From: Candidatus Marinacidobacterium sp.
Lineage (GTDB): Bacteria; Acidobacteriota; Vicinamibacteria; Marinacidobacterales; Marinacidobacteraceae
DNA length: 64,000 nucleotides
Assembly: GCA_965220965.1 (NCBI GenBank)
Contig: OZ244852.1
Span: 2,779,472-2,843,471, forward strand
Reading direction: 5' to 3'
Under the pieces are notes generated by a model. That model was not told where the DNA came from. It did not search any database and saw only the letters and a list, made by a program, of their open reading frames with translations. Below, one piece after another: positions 61,361-64,000 of this stretch (position 1 is the stretch's first letter; each line of letters begins with the position of its first letter). Made by a program: the position numbers and the translations under genes.

Positions 61361-62158
61361 TCAGGCTCTCGGCTGGCTGGTGAGCGTGTGACCGCCGCGG
61401 AACGTGAACCCCACCCGCCGCCAGAAGGCCCCGAGCATCCGCTGCGGCGCCAGCGTCTCCAGCTCCTCGGTCGGCGAGCCGAACACGCGCAGTTCGGCGT
61501 CACCGGTGAACGCCGTTCCCAGCTCCACGTCGGAGGAGGCCGCGGAGATGAGCTCGTGGAGCGCGTCTTCCCCGTCCGCCTCGATGCGGGGCAGGAGTCG
61601 GTGGTGGAGCATGGGATGGGCGTTGACGAAGCCGGGCCCCTCCGCTTCCCCCGTCACCGTGAAGCGCGCCTCCATGAGCCGCCGGGACCCCGCCGCCACT
61701 GTAGCGCCGAAGACCCCGCCGGGGGCCAGCCGCGGCCCCGCCCGTCCGATGAGCGCCGGGCGGGTCATCCAGATCTCCCCGAGCTTCTTGGGGTAGCCCT
61801 GGAAGTGGCCCCGCGTGAGCGAGGCGTCGCTGTCCACCCAGATGAAGACGCACCGCGACCAGTCGCGCCCCTGGTAGCGGCAGCGCGCCACCAGCAGGCA
61901 CTCCTTGTACTGCGCCCGCACCGGGTCGAGCAGCTCCTCGCCCGAGCCGCTGCAGCACTGCCACTCGGCCCAGATCGCCGCCACCGCGTCCGGGCGGTCC
62001 CCGACCGGTTCGAGCGGAGCGGGCAGAAGGCTCGCCACCGCCCCCGGCGCCGCCTCGTACTCGATCGTCAGCATCTCCCCCGAGTAGTGCCAGGGAGGCG
62101 ACGTCAGCAGCGAGGCCCTGCCGGAAGGCGTGCGGGGGAACAGGAAACCGGCGGTCAT
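61361..62158 (-). CDS. Acetoacetate-decarboxylase (ADC) family protein
   Basis: The start was trimmed to MTAGFLFPRTPSGRASLLTSPPWHYSGEMLTIEYEA, which is an ADC-fold N-terminal pattern. Confidence 0.7.
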   Translation of the reverse strand: MTAGFLFPRTPSGRASLLTSPPWHYSGEMLTIEYEAAPGAVASLLPAPLEPVGDRPDAVAAIWAEWQCCSGSGEELLDPVRAQYKECLLVARCRYQGRDWSRCVFIWVDSDASLTRGHFQGYPKKLGEIWMTRPALIGRAGPRLAPGGVFGATVAAGSRRLMEARFTVTGEAEGPGFVNAHPMLHHRLLPRIEADGEDALHELISAASSDVELGTAFTGDAELRVFGSPTEELETLAPQRMLGAFWRRVGFTFRGGHTLTSQPRA

Positions 62159-62237
62159 GGCGTGGCTATGCCCGAGCCGCACGCCTTGGTCCGCCTCGCC
62201 CAAGTCACTTCCGGACCCTCCACGTGGATGAGAAGCC

Positions 62238-63353
62238 TCAGCGGGGCCATCGCTCGGGCTGTGGTCGACCGCCGATTTCGTTCTTCTCCCAGAGCTCGCC
62301 GAGGCTGAACTCTTCCAGCCACGGAGCAAGCGACTCCGGAGACTTCCGATCCAGAGTCGTGCTTCCGTTCCGCCGTTCCACGACGACCGCGTCTTCCGGG
62401 TCGAAGTGATCGAGCAGGGTCGGTGACTGGGTGGCGACGATCACCTGCGAGCCCGCCGAGGCGTGCCGGATCAGGTCGGCGAGCAGCGTCACCGCCGCGG
62501 GATGGAGTCCAAGTTCCGGTTCGTCAACCAGGATGACCGCCGGTCGCAGTTCCGTCGGCGACAGGAACAGGGTCGTGAGTGCGATGAATCGAAGCGCGCC
62601 GTCCGAGAGCGCCGCGCCGTCGAACTCATCGTCGGCCTTCTGATGCCGCCAGCGGAGCCGGACCATCTCCTCGTTCTCCGGGAGGGGGCTCAGGTCGAAA
62701 TCGTCGAAGAAAGGGGCCGCGAGACGGATCGTGTCCCGGATCAGCGTGTACGTGGCGCTGTAGCGCTCCCTGAGACGGAGGAGGAAGGGCGCCAGATTCG
62801 CTCCGTCTTCGTCGAGATCCCGGTTGTCGGTAATCCCGCCGTGCTTCAGCATCGGTGAGCCCCGGCCAGTGTGATGGAAGTGGTAGCGCCGGAAGCGGTC
62901 CAGGCGACCCTGGAGCGAGCGCACCGGGCCGGAGCGGACGTCCTCGCTGATGCCCGGCTCCCCCCGGACGCCGTGGAGCTGGACTTCCGTCGTCTGCCCG
63001 GACCCGCGCGTCTCCTCGAAGCGAATGAACTCTTCGAGCGGGTACAACGTGTCGTCGTCCCGAATCCCCAGCACAATCGAGTATTCGTTGGTCCCGTTGG
63101 CGAATCCGATCTGGAGGCGGATCCGTTCCGTGCGCTCCGTTCCCACATGGAGCAGCCGGGCCGCGCCTCCCCTCTCGAGGACATAGAGCCGCAAGCGGCC
63201 GCGCCGGATCGCCCGGAGCAGCGAGAAAGCCTCAAGGATGTTCGACTTGCCTGCGCCGTTGGCTCCCACCAGGACGTTCACCGGGCGCAGATCCAGGGTG
63301 AGTTTCCGGATGCTCCGGAAGCCCTCGATCCGGATCGAGTCGATTCCTGTCAT
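62238..63353 (-). CDS. AAA_21/OLD-like ABC-type ATPase (N-terminal ATPase domain only, ~371 aa)
   Basis: The start was trimmed to MTGIDSIRIEGFRSIRKLTL… (the RecF/OLD-like opening). It has Walker A GANGAGKSN, an ABC signature-like LSDGALRFIAL and Walker B ILVDEPELGLHP. No TOPRIM or nuclease domain is present. Confidence 0.75.
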   Translation of the reverse strand: MTGIDSIRIEGFRSIRKLTLDLRPVNVLVGANGAGKSNILEAFSLLRAIRRGRLRLYVLERGGAARLLHVGTERTERIRLQIGFANGTNEYSIVLGIRDDDTLYPLEEFIRFEETRGSGQTTEVQLHGVRGEPGISEDVRSGPVRSLQGRLDRFRRYHFHHTGRGSPMLKHGGITDNRDLDEDGANLAPFLLRLRERYSATYTLIRDTIRLAAPFFDDFDLSPLPENEEMVRLRWRHQKADDEFDGAALSDGALRFIALTTLFLSPTELRPAVILVDEPELGLHPAAVTLLADLIRHASAGSQVIVATQSPTLLDHFDPEDAVVVERRNGSTTLDRKSPESLAPWLEEFSLGELWEKNEIGGRPQPERWPR

Positions 63354-63373
63354 GTCGCGTCCGGCGTCGTCCC

Positions 63374-64000
63374 TCAGGCGTCCCATCGCACCCGCACTTC
63401 CTTCGGGCCGCGGAACTCGAAGCCGCGGAGTTCTACCTCGCTCTCCGGGTCGAGGCGGAGGTTGGGAAGCCGCCGGAACAGGCGCTCCGCGCCCACCCGG
63501 ATCTCCTGGCGGCCGAGCCACTCGCCGATGCACCGGTGCGCGCCGAGCGCGAACGCGGCGTTGCCGCCCTCGGTCCGCGCGAGGTCGATCCGCTCCGGGT
63601 CTTGGAACCGGGCGGGGTCGAGGTTCGCCGAGCGCAGCACGCCCGCCACCAGCGCTCCCTCGGGCAGCGGCGTCCCTCCCAGCTCCGTGGGCTCGGTGGT
63701 CTGCCTGGTGATCGTGCCCACCGGCGTGTAGCGCCGCAGCACCTCGTCCACCAGCCGCCGCATCGCCGCCGGGCTCGAGAGCGCCTGCTCCCGCAGGTCG
63801 TCGCGGGTGAGCAGCGTCCAGACCACGAGCCCGATCCCGTCGCGGGGTTCGTTGATGCCCCCGGAGATCATGAGCCGGACGTTGTTCACGATCTCGGCCG
63901 CGGAGAGCTTCTCCTCGGCGCGCAGGAAGTGAAGCAGTCCCGACGCCTCGGGGCGGGCGCGAAGCTCCTCGAGCCGCCCGAGCACCGCGGTCTCGACCGC
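63374..64000 (-). CDS. Cytochrome P450, C-terminal portion; the gene continues beyond the window end
   Basis: It has the heme-binding loop FALGAHRCIGEWLGRQE and the ExxR region (…DEVLRRYTP…). Confidence 0.8.
   Translation of the reverse strand, partial: AVETAVLGRLEELRARPEASGLLHFLRAEEKLSAAEIVNNVRLMISGGINEPRDGIGLVVWTLLTRDDLREQALSSPAAMRRLVDEVLRRYTPVGTITRQTTEPTELGGTPLPEGALVAGVLRSANLDPARFQDPERIDLARTEGGNAAFALGAHRCIGEWLGRQEIRVGAERLFRRLPNLRLDPESEVELRGFEFRGPKEVRVRWDA

Overview
This is a 64 kb window of very GC-rich (~70%) bacterial chromosome. I read it as a Gram-negative organism because it carries TonB-dependent receptors, TolC-like and other outer-membrane proteins, Tat signal peptides and lipoproteins; its composition resembles Gemmatimonadota- or other high-GC diderm-like genomes (low-confidence inference). 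Because of the GC content, nearly every gene is shadowed by long spurious ORFs on the opposite strand and in other frames. I called genes only where the translated sequence shows recognisable family signatures such as Walker motifs, CxxCH, Rieske/His boxes or PQQ propeller, and I trimmed Arg/Pro-rich N-terminal extensions from the ORF track to plausible starts. Coordinates derived from offsets may be off by 1 nt.

Mostly housekeeping and metabolic content:
- a gliding-type ABC exporter (GldA-like ATPase, fused GldF/GldG permease, DUF4340);
- a Rieske oxygenase with a GcvT-like aminomethyltransferase;
- a PQQ-dehydrogenase cluster with a diheme cytochrome c, a YVTN beta-propeller and a HAD hydrolase;
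- Slt lytic transglycosylase;
- amtB-glnK-glnA;
- flotillin, gpmA, pckA, plsC, carD, trmB;
- a multicopper oxidase plus TolC-like pair;
- two TonB-dependent receptors, a BNR/sortilin-like giant protein, prolyl oligopeptidase, amidase;
- a LigB dioxygenase, ADC-family protein and P450 cluster.

RNA genes:
- a tmRNA (tag ANDHQLALAA);
- tRNA-Leu(CAA);
- tRNA-Met(CAT).

Accessory and unusual signals:
- an N-terminally truncated AlbA_2/HATPase_c_4 paralogue directly downstream of ssrA;
- a full-length copy of that family at 47.2 kb;
- a ~190 bp MITE-like element with terminal inverted repeats in two inverted copies (25.5 kb and 48.6 kb);
- an ~11-unit tandem array with ~10.5 bp phasing;
- a COG1373/DUF4143 AAA ATPase whose start codon sits inside a 13 bp inverted repeat;
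- an orphan AbiEi-like gene;
- a solitary OLD/ABC-like AAA_21 ATPase;
- a 7-G homopolymer frameshift in a TonB-dependent receptor;
- a 118 bp direct duplication of a gene 3' end;
- a FAD-oxidoreductase whose Rossmann motif has no canonical start codon upstream.

The strongest candidate for an undescribed system is the 47.1-52.3 kb accessory, defense-island-like block.
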